Shown here one piece after another: positions 48,249 to 57,094 of a stretch of DNA of 64,000 nucleotides. Below the pieces are notes generated by a model. It had not been told where the DNA came from. It worked only from the letters and a program-made list of their open reading frames with translations, and did no database searches. Position 1 is the first letter of the stretch. The number at the start of each line of letters is the position of its first letter. The position numbers and the translations under genes were made by a program. The stretch comes from Candidatus Poribacteria bacterium (GTDB lineage Bacteria > Poribacteria > WGA-4E > GCA-2687025): contig OY762492.1 in the NCBI GenBank assembly GCA_963665845.2, positions 800,001 to 864,000 on the forward strand. Direction: 5' to 3'.

Positions 48249-49139
48249 TCAAAGATATTGGCGCAGCCGCGACGCATGCGGGCGCTGGCGGATGCTGTTG
48301 AAGGCGGCAACTTCCAGCTGGCGCACCCGTTCGCGCGACAGCCCCACCTCTTGCCCGACTTCGCGCAGGCTGCGCGCCCCGCCGTCGTCCAGCCCGTAGC
48401 GAAGACGGACGACGCGCGCCGTTCGCGGGTCCAACTCGGACAGCACCGATTCAAGCTCCTCCCGTTTCATCTTCTCCTCGGCGATGGCGTCGGGGCGGCG
48501 CCGGCTCTCGTCCTCAATCGTTTCATACAGCGGCCGCCCGCAGTCGCCCGCTTTGGCGTCCAGCGACACGGTCTCGCTTTCGGCGCCCAACGCCCGCTTC
48601 ACCTGATCATGCGTCAATCCGCTCGCGGACGACAGCGCCTCTATCGATTCCTCTCCGCTGTTTTGATGCCGGCGAATCTGGCGCCGCCACTCCTGCAGGT
48701 AGGTCGGCACGCGCACCGCGCGCGCCTGATTTGCGACCGCGAGACCCATCCGCTGCCGTATCCACATGGCGGCGTAGGAGCTGAACGGAACGCCGCGCCG
48801 CCAGTCGAACGTTTCGATGGCGCGAAGGATGCCCATGGAACCTTCCTGTATCAGATCCAGCGTATCGACGCCTCGGTTGCGGTACTTTTTTGAAATGGAG
48901 GCGGCAAGACGCAGGTTTCGCCGCGCGATTTCGTCGCGCGCGCGTTTCTCTTCAGCCTCAATCCGTTGAACGACCGCGCGGGGGCGTCCCTGTTTCTCCG
49001 CCTGCCGGCGCGCTTTCCGAAGCATGTCAAGCCGACGGAAAAGGGCGGTCTCCTGCTCCCTTGTCAACAAAGGCGTTTTGCCAATCTCTTTCAGGTATGC
49101 TTCCAGAGCCGTTCCGCTGGGTCGTTTCAAATTGGACAT
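48249..49139 (-). CDS. RpoD/RpoS-like group 2 sigma70 factor (no region 1.1)
   Basis: YLKEIGKTPLLT, NLRL, DLIQEG, FSSYA.MWIRQ, SLREVG...SRERVRQLE. Confidence 0.93.
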   Translation of the reverse strand: MSNLKRPSGTALEAYLKEIGKTPLLTREQETALFRRLDMLRKARRQAEKQGRPRAVVQRIEAEEKRARDEIARRNLRLAASISKKYRNRGVDTLDLIQEGSMGILRAIETFDWRRGVPFSSYAAMWIRQRMGLAVANQARAVRVPTYLQEWRRQIRRHQNSGEESIEALSSASGLTHDQVKRALGAESETVSLDAKAGDCGRPLYETIEDESRRRPDAIAEEKMKREELESVLSELDPRTARVVRLRYGLDDGGARSLREVGQEVGLSRERVRQLEVAAFNSIRQRPHASRLRQYL

Positions 49140-49181
49140 CTCTTTTTCTCCACGCTTTTTACGCCGCTTCCCCCTCCTTTA

Positions 49182-49197
49182 AGCAAAAAGCGTGCCA
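49182..49197 (-). promoter_or_regulatory. sigma54 -24/-12 promoter
   Basis: TGGCACGCTTTTTGCT matches TGGCACG-N4-TTGCW, 42 bp upstream of the sigma-factor ATG. Confidence 0.85.
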
Positions 49198-49268
49198 ACT
49201 TAGGCGGCGGGGCGGCTCGCGCCGTATGCGGCTTTGCGCCCTTATCGGCGGACAGGCAGACGAAAAAG

Positions 49269-49306
49269 TGTCGCGTTTTTGATACAGGTGTATCGTTTAT
49301 GGACGA
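49269..49306. promoter_or_regulatory. putative bEBP upstream activating sequences
   Basis: TGTCGC-N6-GATACA followed by TGTATC; perfect inverted repeat GATACA-GG-TGTATC. Confidence 0.55.
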
Positions 49307-49320
49307 AAGGCGCCGCGCGC

Positions 49321-50751
49321 TTACGATTCTCTTTTGAGCTGATGCGCCTTGATCTTGCGGTGAAGAACGGAGCGGCTGATCTGCAGTCTCTCTGCCGCTT
49401 GAGTCACGTTGCCGTTGGCGCGTTCCATCGCGCATCGGATCATATACTTTTCAAATTCAGCCGACGCTTCCGAGAGCGGCATCTGCGCCAGCATCCGCAG
49501 ATAGCTGTTCGTTTCCCTGTCCGCCCTCTCCTCCAGCGCTTCCTCCTGATCCCAAAAATCGGGCGGGAAGTCGTCGCACCGTATCAGCACCCCGCCGCAC
49601 TGCAGCGCCGCCGCTTCAACAGCGTTGCGCAGCTCGCGGATATTGCCGCCCCATACGCGCGTCATCAGCCGCGGCAGCACATCCTTGTCAAAACCGAACA
49701 CATGCTTTTTCAGCTTCTGGCAATGCCGCATCAAAAAGAACTCGGCGAGCATCGGTATGTCGTCGCGCCGTTCGCGCAGGGGCGGAACCCGTATCGTGAC
49801 GGCGCGTATGCGGTAGTACAGGTCGCGGCGCAGCTTGCCGCTTCGCGCCGACTCCTCCAGCGGTTGATTCGTCGCCGCCACAATTCGAACGTCGCAGCGG
49901 GTCAGCCGCCCTCCGACGCGCTGTATCTCGCCTTTTTCTAAGGCGCGCAGCAGTTTCGGCTGCGCCTCCAGCGACATATCCCCGATCTCATCCAGAAAAA
50001 GCGTCCCGCCCTCCGCCTCCATGAATTTTCCCTCGCGCGCGTCCACATCGGTCGCGACGCGCCGGTCAATGCCGAACAGCTCCGCCTCCACCAGCTCATC
50101 CGGTATGGCGCTGCAGTTGATCGCAATGAACGGCTTGTCGGCGCGGGGGCTGCACTTGTGAATCGCCTCGGCGACCAGCTCCTTTCCGGAGCCGCTTTCG
50201 CCCACAATCAGAACGGTGGAATCGGTCGGGGCGACCCGTCCGACCGTGGTCGTCAATTCAATCATAGCGGCGCTGGATCCGACCATGGTCGTCAATTCGG
50301 AGGAGTGGTCGCGCATCGGCGCTTCATCGGCGTCCAATCGGCGCTCGGCGGAAATGGCGCGCACAACCCGCACCAGCCGCTCGTAATCGATCGGCTTGAT
50401 GATATAGTCGCGCGCTCCCGTGAGGCTGGCGCGCAGCGACGTGTCCGCCGAACTATGCCCCGTGATAATGATCACATCGGCGGGCTTAGCGCCCTTCTTC
50501 GCCTCCTGCAGCGCCTTCAACCCGCCCAGCTTGTCGCGCGCGCCGTCCCGGTCGGGCATCCACAGGTCCGCGATGACAATGTCGTACGGCTCCTCGGCAT
50601 ACCTGATTTTATCCAGCGTCTCATCCCTGTCGTATGCCGCGTCCACCTTGACCGACAGGTCCGACTCCATGAGCAGCTGCTGCGCGATGTAGCGGCAGGT
50701 GTCTCGGTTGTCGTCCGAGACGAGTATGCGGATCGGCTGATCGCTTGACAT
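49321..50751 (-). CDS. NtrC-family sigma54-dependent response regulator (REC-AAA-HTH)
   Basis: SDD, DLWMP, GESGSGKE, LFLDEIG, RRDLYYR, Fis HTH; GAFTGA replaced by RVATDV. Confidence 0.93.
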   Translation of the reverse strand: MSSDQPIRILVSDDNRDTCRYIAQQLLMESDLSVKVDAAYDRDETLDKIRYAEEPYDIVIADLWMPDRDGARDKLGGLKALQEAKKGAKPADVIIITGHSSADTSLRASLTGARDYIIKPIDYERLVRVVRAISAERRLDADEAPMRDHSSELTTMVGSSAAMIELTTTVGRVAPTDSTVLIVGESGSGKELVAEAIHKCSPRADKPFIAINCSAIPDELVEAELFGIDRRVATDVDAREGKFMEAEGGTLFLDEIGDMSLEAQPKLLRALEKGEIQRVGGRLTRCDVRIVAATNQPLEESARSGKLRRDLYYRIRAVTIRVPPLRERRDDIPMLAEFFLMRHCQKLKKHVFGFDKDVLPRLMTRVWGGNIRELRNAVEAAALQCGGVLIRCDDFPPDFWDQEEALEERADRETNSYLRMLAQMPLSEASAEFEKYMIRCAMERANGNVTQAAERLQISRSVLHRKIKAHQLKRES

Positions 50752-50871
50752 ACGCTTCCCCTCAACTGCCCCCTATCTTAAACCATTCGGAGGATGGGGG
50801 CAAGTATGAAAAACAGGCGCGATTCGGTATCATGCAGGCGTTTCAACTCCTTCGGCAAGGTTCACCGCTCC

Positions 50872-51969
50872 ATGCGACTCAAAACGGTATGCATTTTATT
50901 CGCGGCGGCGCTCGGTTTCTCCCTCGGCGCCGAGGCGCAAACGTACACGATTCAGCCCGGCGACAGCCTGCGCATCCTGATCTTGAACAGACCCGAATAC
51001 ACACAGGAGGTGACCGTCGGGCCGGACGGAATGCTGCCGTATTTTTTAGTCGGCTCCATCGACACAAAAGGAATGACGCTTGAGGCGCTTCAAGAGCGAA
51101 TCGCGGAGGGGTTGTCGAAACATTTCAGCGATCCGCAGGCGATTGTGGTTCCGACGCCGCGCAGTTACGGGGTTTATGTCGGAGGGCAGGTTGCGAACCC
51201 CGGTTTTCATACGGCGCCGGAGCCTGAAATCGATCTTCGGCGGGCGGTCATCTTGGCGGGCGGACCGTTGCCGGACAGCGCCAATCTCAAAAACGCGCTG
51301 CTGTACCGCGCGGACGGCGAGACGGCCGCATACGACCTGACACGGTACGCGCAGCCCCCGCCGACGGTGAAAAACGGCGACGCCGTCTATATTCCGCCTA
51401 AAACGCGCATATTGGTGTCGGGCAATGTTCAAAAACCGGACGTCTATTATGTGGACGCGCCGCCGACCGCCGCGTTTGCGCTGGCGCTGGCGGGCGGACC
51501 GATGGAAGACCGCGCCGCCCTGGACCGACTCGTCATCCTGCGTTCAGACGGCGTCAGCGAAACGATCAGCCTGTCGGAGCATTTTTGGAACGACGACCCA
51601 GAAACGCTGCCGCGCCTGCAGTCCGGCGACGCGCTGTTTGTGCCGTACGCTTACGCGGCGGAGGAGATCAGCGTCATTGGATATGTCCGCGCGCCTGGCT
51701 TATATAAGGTGCGCGGACCGATACCGGTCGGACGCGCGCTGGCGCTCTCCGGCGGGGCGGATGTCGCCAAAGCGGATATGAACTCCGCTGAAATACAACG
51801 GCTGGACGGCTCCTGGGAGAAGGTGGACCTGCGGACCGAGGCGACCAGCGTTTTAGTCCATCCCGGCGAAACGGTGCGCGTCCGCAAGCGGTTTCAAGTG
51901 AACTGGTCATTCGTTCTCAGCGCCGTCACAACAGGGGTACTTCTCGCGCGCTTTATTCAAAACAACTAA
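50872..51969 (+). CDS. polysaccharide export / SLBB-repeat protein (Wza-like)
   Basis: YTIQPGDSL, VGPDG, three VxGxVxxPG SLBB repeats. Confidence 0.9.
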   Translation: MRLKTVCILFAAALGFSLGAEAQTYTIQPGDSLRILILNRPEYTQEVTVGPDGMLPYFLVGSIDTKGMTLEALQERIAEGLSKHFSDPQAIVVPTPRSYGVYVGGQVANPGFHTAPEPEIDLRRAVILAGGPLPDSANLKNALLYRADGETAAYDLTRYAQPPPTVKNGDAVYIPPKTRILVSGNVQKPDVYYVDAPPTAAFALALAGGPMEDRAALDRLVILRSDGVSETISLSEHFWNDDPETLPRLQSGDALFVPYAYAAEEISVIGYVRAPGLYKVRGPIPVGRALALSGGADVAKADMNSAEIQRLDGSWEKVDLRTEATSVLVHPGETVRVRKRFQVNWSFVLSAVTTGVLLARFIQNN

Positions 51970-51979
51970 GGGGAACGAG

Positions 51980-52642
51980 ATGCCTGAAACCGCGCCGCTC
52001 ATCTACTGGGATGTGGACACGCAGAACGATTTTATGCTGCCGGACGGGAAGTTGTACATTCAAGGCGCCGAGACGATCCTGCCGAACCTCGCCCGTCTCA
52101 CGCAAAGGGCGCGCGGCGCGGGGCGCGTCGTCGTCGGCTCTGTAGATTGGCATCAACCCTCCGACCCCGAACTGTCGGACGACCCCGATTTCAAAGAGAC
52201 CTTTCCGCCCCACTGCCTCGCCGGTACCGACGGCGCCGAAAAGGTGAAGGCGACGGCGCCCCTCAACCCGCTCTGGATACCGAACGACCCGCAGGAGCCG
52301 TCCGCGCTTCAGGAGGCTGTCCGCGCGCATACGGCAAACGGCGGAGAAGCGTATCTGCAGAAAAGCCGCTTCGATGTGTTCACAAACCCGAACGCAGAGG
52401 CTGTGCTGGACGCGCTCCACCCGGCGCGGATACTGCTTTACGGCGTCGCGCTGGATGTGTGCGACGCGCATGCGATTGAAGGTTTGTTGAAGCGGGGCGG
52501 CATACAGATTTATCTCGCGCTGGACGCGACGCGCGCCATCAACCCTGACGAGGGGGAGCGTCTTGTGAAAGACTGGCGGCGGCGCGGCGTCCGGATCGTG
52601 TCGACGGAGGAGGCGGCGTCGGGCGCGCTGGACGGCGCCTAA
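51980..52642 (+). CDS. pncA: nicotinamidase / isochorismatase family hydrolase
   Basis: DVDTQNDFM, DWH, FPPHC, K, GVALDVC. Confidence 0.8.
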   Translation: MPETAPLIYWDVDTQNDFMLPDGKLYIQGAETILPNLARLTQRARGAGRVVVGSVDWHQPSDPELSDDPDFKETFPPHCLAGTDGAEKVKATAPLNPLWIPNDPQEPSALQEAVRAHTANGGEAYLQKSRFDVFTNPNAEAVLDALHPARILLYGVALDVCDAHAIEGLLKRGGIQIYLALDATRAINPDEGERLVKDWRRRGVRIVSTEEAASGALDGA

Positions 52643-52665
52643 ATCGAACGGGCGGGAGACAGGCG

Positions 52666-52956
52666 ATGGCATGGAAACGGACAGAGTCGCATGAGGTCGG
52701 CGGGTACGAGTTTCACTGGTTCACCGACGAGGAGCGCTGGATCGCCGCCGTTTGGAGCGCGGGAGAGTCGCCCGCCGAGCCGTCGCATACGGACATTCCG
52801 CGCGCGTTGACAGTTCTCCGCCCGCCCCTTTCCGGCAAGGAGGAGCTGCGCGGTTTGTGCATGCGTTTTGTGGAGAACATACCTTACCGCATCCGCGCGA
52901 TCCGCGGCAAAACAACCGCTTTGCGCCGGCTCGGCATGGAGGACATCGACCTTTGA
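52666..52956 (+). CDS. hypothetical protein
   Basis: GGAG SD; fits between co-oriented genes. Confidence 0.6.
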   Translation: MAWKRTESHEVGGYEFHWFTDEERWIAAVWSAGESPAEPSHTDIPRALTVLRPPLSGKEELRGLCMRFVENIPYRIRAIRGKTTALRRLGMEDIDL

Positions 52957-52967
52957 GGCGCTTGCTC

Positions 52968-53321
52968 ATGCGCGCGGCGCGCCTTTTACGGCATATTCTG
53001 TTAAAGCGCGAGGGACCGACCTGGATCGACATCGGCGCGGCGGCGGATTTTCCGTTCAACGCGGCGCGGGTGGTCGTTCGGCGCGGCGTTCCGCTCGCCG
53101 TGTTTCATGACGAAACAGGCATCTCGATCATCGGCGACATCTGCCCGCATATGGGGGCGTCGTTGAGCGAAGGGACGCTCTATCCCGACGGAAGCGTGGA
53201 ATGTCCGGCGCACCGCATGCGCTTTCATCTTAAAACAGGCGCATGTTCCATCGGTCCAGTCTATTCGGCGCGCGTCTTTCGGTTTAGGTTCCGCGGGGGA
53301 CGGCTCGAAGCGTTTCTATAA
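52968..53321 (+). CDS. Rieske [2Fe-2S] ferredoxin
   Basis: CPHMG...VECPAH. Confidence 0.9.
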   Translation: MRAARLLRHILLKREGPTWIDIGAAADFPFNAARVVVRRGVPLAVFHDETGISIIGDICPHMGASLSEGTLYPDGSVECPAHRMRFHLKTGACSIGPVYSARVFRFRFRGGRLEAFL

Positions 53322-53337
53322 CTCCGCCGCCCTTCCG

Positions 53338-54786
53338 TCATTTTCCTGCGACAAGGGCGCGCGCCGCCGCCTGCATCGCCTCCATGCCGCGCGCGCTCGG
53401 CGCGTCCAGATAGCAGCGCACCAGCGGCTCCGTCCCAGACGCGCGCACCGCGATAAACCCCCCGTTCTCCAGAACAAACTTATGCCCGTCGATTCGAACG
53501 ACCCGCTCCACCTGAAACTCCCCAATCCGCTCCGGCGGCGACGACTCCAAGCCGCCCAGCAGCTCCGCCTTCCGCTCCTCGGACAGCTCCAGATCAAGCC
53601 TGTCCACATGCCTTTCCCCGACCCGTTCAAATAGCTCGCGCAGCTGCTCGCCCATCGATTTGCCGCGCGAGGCGACCATCTCGGCGAGGAGAAGGCAGGC
53701 GATCACACCGTCCTTTTCAGGCGTATGCCCGCGCATCGTCATGCCGCTGCTCTCCTCTCCGCCTAAAACGAAGCGGTCGGGGGACGCCAGCATCTCGGCG
53801 CCGATATACTTGAATCCCGTCCCTGTCTCCACCGTCTCGACGCCGCGGGCTTGCGCCGCCGCGTCCAGCAGGTGCGATGTCGGAACGCTCCGCACAACGA
53901 AGCCGCTCCATCCGCGCGACTCGATCAGATAGTCCGCCATGACGCCCAGGATATGATTCGCATGAAGGTAGGAGCCGTCCGCGTCGATCACGCCGAAACG
54001 GTCGGCGTCGCCGTCCACCGCCAGCCCGATGTCCGCGTTGACCGAGCGGACAAGTCGGCTCAGTTCGGTCAAGTTGTCGCCGCTCGGTTCGGGGCGTCCG
54101 CCGTCGAAGCCTGGGTTGGAACCTGTGCGCAAGGCGGTTACTTCACAGCCTGCCTCTACCAAGAGCCGCGGCAGATAGTCGCGCCCCGACCCGTAAAAAG
54201 CGTCCGCCGCGACGGTCAACTTCGCTTTCCGTATCGCCTCTACATCAATCAGCGAGAACAGATGATCGCGGTACGACTCATACGGGTCGACCCGTTCAAT
54301 GCCGCCTTCCGCCGCTGCCGCTTCAAAACGGGAAGCGGACGGGTAGCGCGCCTCTGGACGGCTCTCCTCCATGAGCGCGTTTGCCGTTTCAGCGATGCGC
54401 GCCGTCAGCTCGTTGGAGGCGGGCGCGCCGTCGGCGGGGGAGTATTTCATGCCGTTATACTGCGGCGGGTTGTGGCTCGCGGTGATGACAAGCCCGCCGT
54501 CCAGCCCAAGCGAACGGGTCATGAACGACACGACGGGGGTCGGAATCGGAGCGTCGGGAAGGAGAACGGAGGCGCCGTTTCGAACGAAAGTGAGAGCGGC
54601 GGTTCGGGCGAACGCGTCAGACAGAAAGCGTCCGTCGTATCCGACAGCGAAGCGCGGCGCCTGTCCGCCGGCGTCCTCCGCCGCGACGCGCGCGATCGCT
54701 TCCGCGACGATTTCAACGTTGCGGAAGGTGAAATCCTCCGCGATAATCGCGCGCCAACCGGATGTCCCAAACCGAATGCGTCCCAT
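53338..54786 (-). CDS. phosphoglucomutase/phosphomannomutase
   Basis: FGTSGWR, TASHNP, DGDADRF, GGEES, RASGTEP. Confidence 0.95.
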   Translation of the reverse strand: MGRIRFGTSGWRAIIAEDFTFRNVEIVAEAIARVAAEDAGGQAPRFAVGYDGRFLSDAFARTAALTFVRNGASVLLPDAPIPTPVVSFMTRSLGLDGGLVITASHNPPQYNGMKYSPADGAPASNELTARIAETANALMEESRPEARYPSASRFEAAAAEGGIERVDPYESYRDHLFSLIDVEAIRKAKLTVAADAFYGSGRDYLPRLLVEAGCEVTALRTGSNPGFDGGRPEPSGDNLTELSRLVRSVNADIGLAVDGDADRFGVIDADGSYLHANHILGVMADYLIESRGWSGFVVRSVPTSHLLDAAAQARGVETVETGTGFKYIGAEMLASPDRFVLGGEESSGMTMRGHTPEKDGVIACLLLAEMVASRGKSMGEQLRELFERVGERHVDRLDLELSEERKAELLGGLESSPPERIGEFQVERVVRIDGHKFVLENGGFIAVRASGTEPLVRCYLDAPSARGMEAMQAAARALVAGK

Positions 54787-55000
54787 GATGCTCTCCTGCC
54801 GATAAATCTGCCGTCACTTTTTAAGTAGTACGCTCATACGGGGATATTTGCGGCGCCGCGTCCGATTCCCCCCTTGAAAAGGGGGGCTAGGGGGGTTTAA
54901 AGGACGGGCGCGGCGGTTGCGATGCCTTAAGATTCCCGCTTACGCGGGAATGACGGCATGGATTGGCCGGCTGTCGCGCAAAAATGAATGTCATTGCTTG

Positions 55001-55492
55001 TTAGGTACTGCCCTTTTTCATTTGGCGCGGGAATCGTATTGCCGCGGCGATCTCTGTCGTGGAGCGCGTCTCAATATGCGGCGCGAGAACGACCTTGCCG
55101 CCCCCCTTCTCTACGGCTTCGCGCTCAACGATCTGCTCTATGGAGTAGTCGCCGCCTTTGACATGGATGTCAGGGCGGAGCGCCTGTATCATGGCGATGG
55201 GCGTATCCTCCTCAAAGACGACGGCGAACGCCACAGGCTTGAGCGCGCCAATCAGCTCGGCGCGTTCGTTGTCGGGAAGAAACGGGCGCGGCGCGCCTTT
55301 CAGCCGGCGCGTCGACTCGTCGCTGTTCACCCCGACAATGAGCATGTCCCCCAGCGACCGCGCATGGCGCAGATACCGAACATGCCCGACATGGAGAAGA
55401 TCGAAGCAGCCGTTCGTTGTGACGATCGTTTGTCCGTTTTGACGCGCCCTCCGCGCCTCTTCCGCCGCCTCTTCCAGGGTCAAGACGCTCAT
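55001..55492 (-). CDS. rfaE2: D-glycero-beta-D-manno-heptose 1-phosphate adenylyltransferase
   Basis: TNGCFDLLHVGH, VGVNSDES, HVKGGDY, RSTT. Confidence 0.9.
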   Translation of the reverse strand: MSVLTLEEAAEEARRARQNGQTIVTTNGCFDLLHVGHVRYLRHARSLGDMLIVGVNSDESTRRLKGAPRPFLPDNERAELIGALKPVAFAVVFEEDTPIAMIQALRPDIHVKGGDYSIEQIVEREAVEKGGGKVVLAPHIETRSTTEIAAAIRFPRQMKKGST

Positions 55493-55581
55493 TCGCCGCT
55501 CTCCGTCTGGCGGCGCTGCCATCCCCAATCGATCCCGCCTTCGTAAAACCGCTCTGGGTTTTCAACCGCCCAGATCTGTTT
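55489..55581 (-). repeat. diverged duplicate of the last 31 codons of the upstream selenoprotein gene
   Basis: 84/93 identical to 55695..55787. Confidence 0.9.
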
Positions 55582-55694
55582 TAAGAAGGTTCCCGACAAA
55601 CCGTCATTCCCGCGTAAGCGGGAATCTAGAGGCGGGGCAGAAACCGTCCGCCTTTGTCTGCCGCTATGCCTAAACTGAAACGTCAAGGTCTCGT

Positions 55695-56861
55695 TCACTC
55701 TTCTCTCTCCGCCTGTCGGCGCTGCCATCCCCAATCGATCCCGCCGTCGTAAAACCGCTCTGGATTTTCAACCGCCCATATCTGTTTACGGATGATGTAG
55801 TTTTTCGGGTCCAGTTTGAGCGCCGCTTTCATCTGCTCGGCGGCTTCCTCTTTTCTGTTCAGTTGAAGGAGCAGCTTGGCGTATCGGAAACGGCGGGATG
55901 CGTCCTGCGCGTCCAGTTCCACGGCGCGTTCGTAGGCGTTCAAGGCGCGCTCCGCCTCTCCCTCCCGTTCATACAGCTCGGCGCGCAGCGTGTGAAACGC
56001 GGCGTCGTACGGCAAAGCCAGCGACAGCGCCTCAACCGCCTTGAGCGAGGTTTCATGCGCAGGGTCAGGCTTTTTAAGCGGCGCGCCGATCGGTTTTTTC
56101 GCCCACTCTTCCGCCTGTTGTTGAGACGCCTTCCCGACAAACCTGCCTTTTTCATCGATGAGCAGCGTGTTCGGAACCGCCCTTAGCCCAAACAGCTCTC
56201 CCAGCAGGTTGTTCGCGTCAATCAGGTTCACATATTCCGCGCCTGCTGCTTCGATATAGCGCCGCGCCGCTTCGGCTCCCTGTATGTCGATGGCGGCGGC
56301 GATGACGATGAAGTTGTTGTCGCGGCGCTTATCATATAACGCTTGCCAACCTGGCAAGTTGTCCCGGCACCCTCACCAGCTCGCCCAGGTGTAGAGCGCG
56401 ATCCGTTTGCCGATCAAGCTGGAGAGGCGGATCATCTCGCCGTCCAGGTCGGGCAGGGCGATGTCCGGCATCCGTTCGCCCGGTTGAATGGAGCGGGTCG
56501 GCGCCGCCCCCGGCAAGAGAGCCGGCGCCTCCGCGGTCTCGTCCCAACCGAAATGCGCGTTCAGCAGCTCCGGCAAACGGGACGCCGACGCATAGAGGCC
56601 GCGCTCGGTTTGGAGAACGCGCCGGTCGCTTCCGTCTAAAAATATGTTGACGCAGAACTGGTTGATGCAGATGTTGACGCTTCCGTCGGGGAGCGGCTCT
56701 AGTTTGGCGTTGAAGGCGTCCGCGGCGGGTTGAAGCGGAACATACGCCGCGGCGCCGAACCGCCGGATGTCCAGCTCTAGGGCGGTTCCGTTCGCGTGGA
56801 TGCGCAGTTCGTCTGCCTGCGCGCATGCGGCGAGGGCGATCAGGGCGGCGTATATCGTCAT
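55695..56861 (-). CDS. secreted redoxin-TPR selenoprotein (Sec at UGA 56373-56375), about 388 aa
   Basis: ORFs 56373..56861 and 55695..56357 are in the same frame: MPDIALPDLDG...ALYTWASW*GCRDNLPGWQ...AVPNTLLID, then TPRs. Confidence 0.85.
56342..56358 (-). promoter_or_regulatory. bacterial SECIS-like hairpin
   Basis: CTTGCCA-GGT-TGGCAAG, 14 nt 3' of the UGA, with GGU at the apex. Confidence 0.75.
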
Positions 56862-57094
56862 GCGTCTTACCTGCGCTTCGGTTTAAAATAGGAGGTTCTG
56901 CCGCGATCTTAGCGCCGACCGCGCCGGGATGCAACCGCCTTCCCTCCGACCTTACCCTTAGAGTTAGGATAATTCTGGTTGTGAACGCGGACGGCGCCTG
57001 CGGCATCTAAGATTCCCGCTTGCGCGGGAATGACGGGCTGATTGGCGCGCCTTTTCCCATAAGACGGAATGACGGACCGGCAGGCGGATTGAGG

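Noticed and set aside
55489-55787. Possible DGR template/variable repeat pair
   Set aside because: Mismatches are not confined to adenines of one copy and are mostly third-position; there is no reverse transcriptase in the window.
56373-56375. Nonsense mutation, pseudogene or genetic code 4/25
   Set aside because: TGA ends many other genes here as a normal stop; its position at the redox Cys and the hairpin favour selenocysteine.
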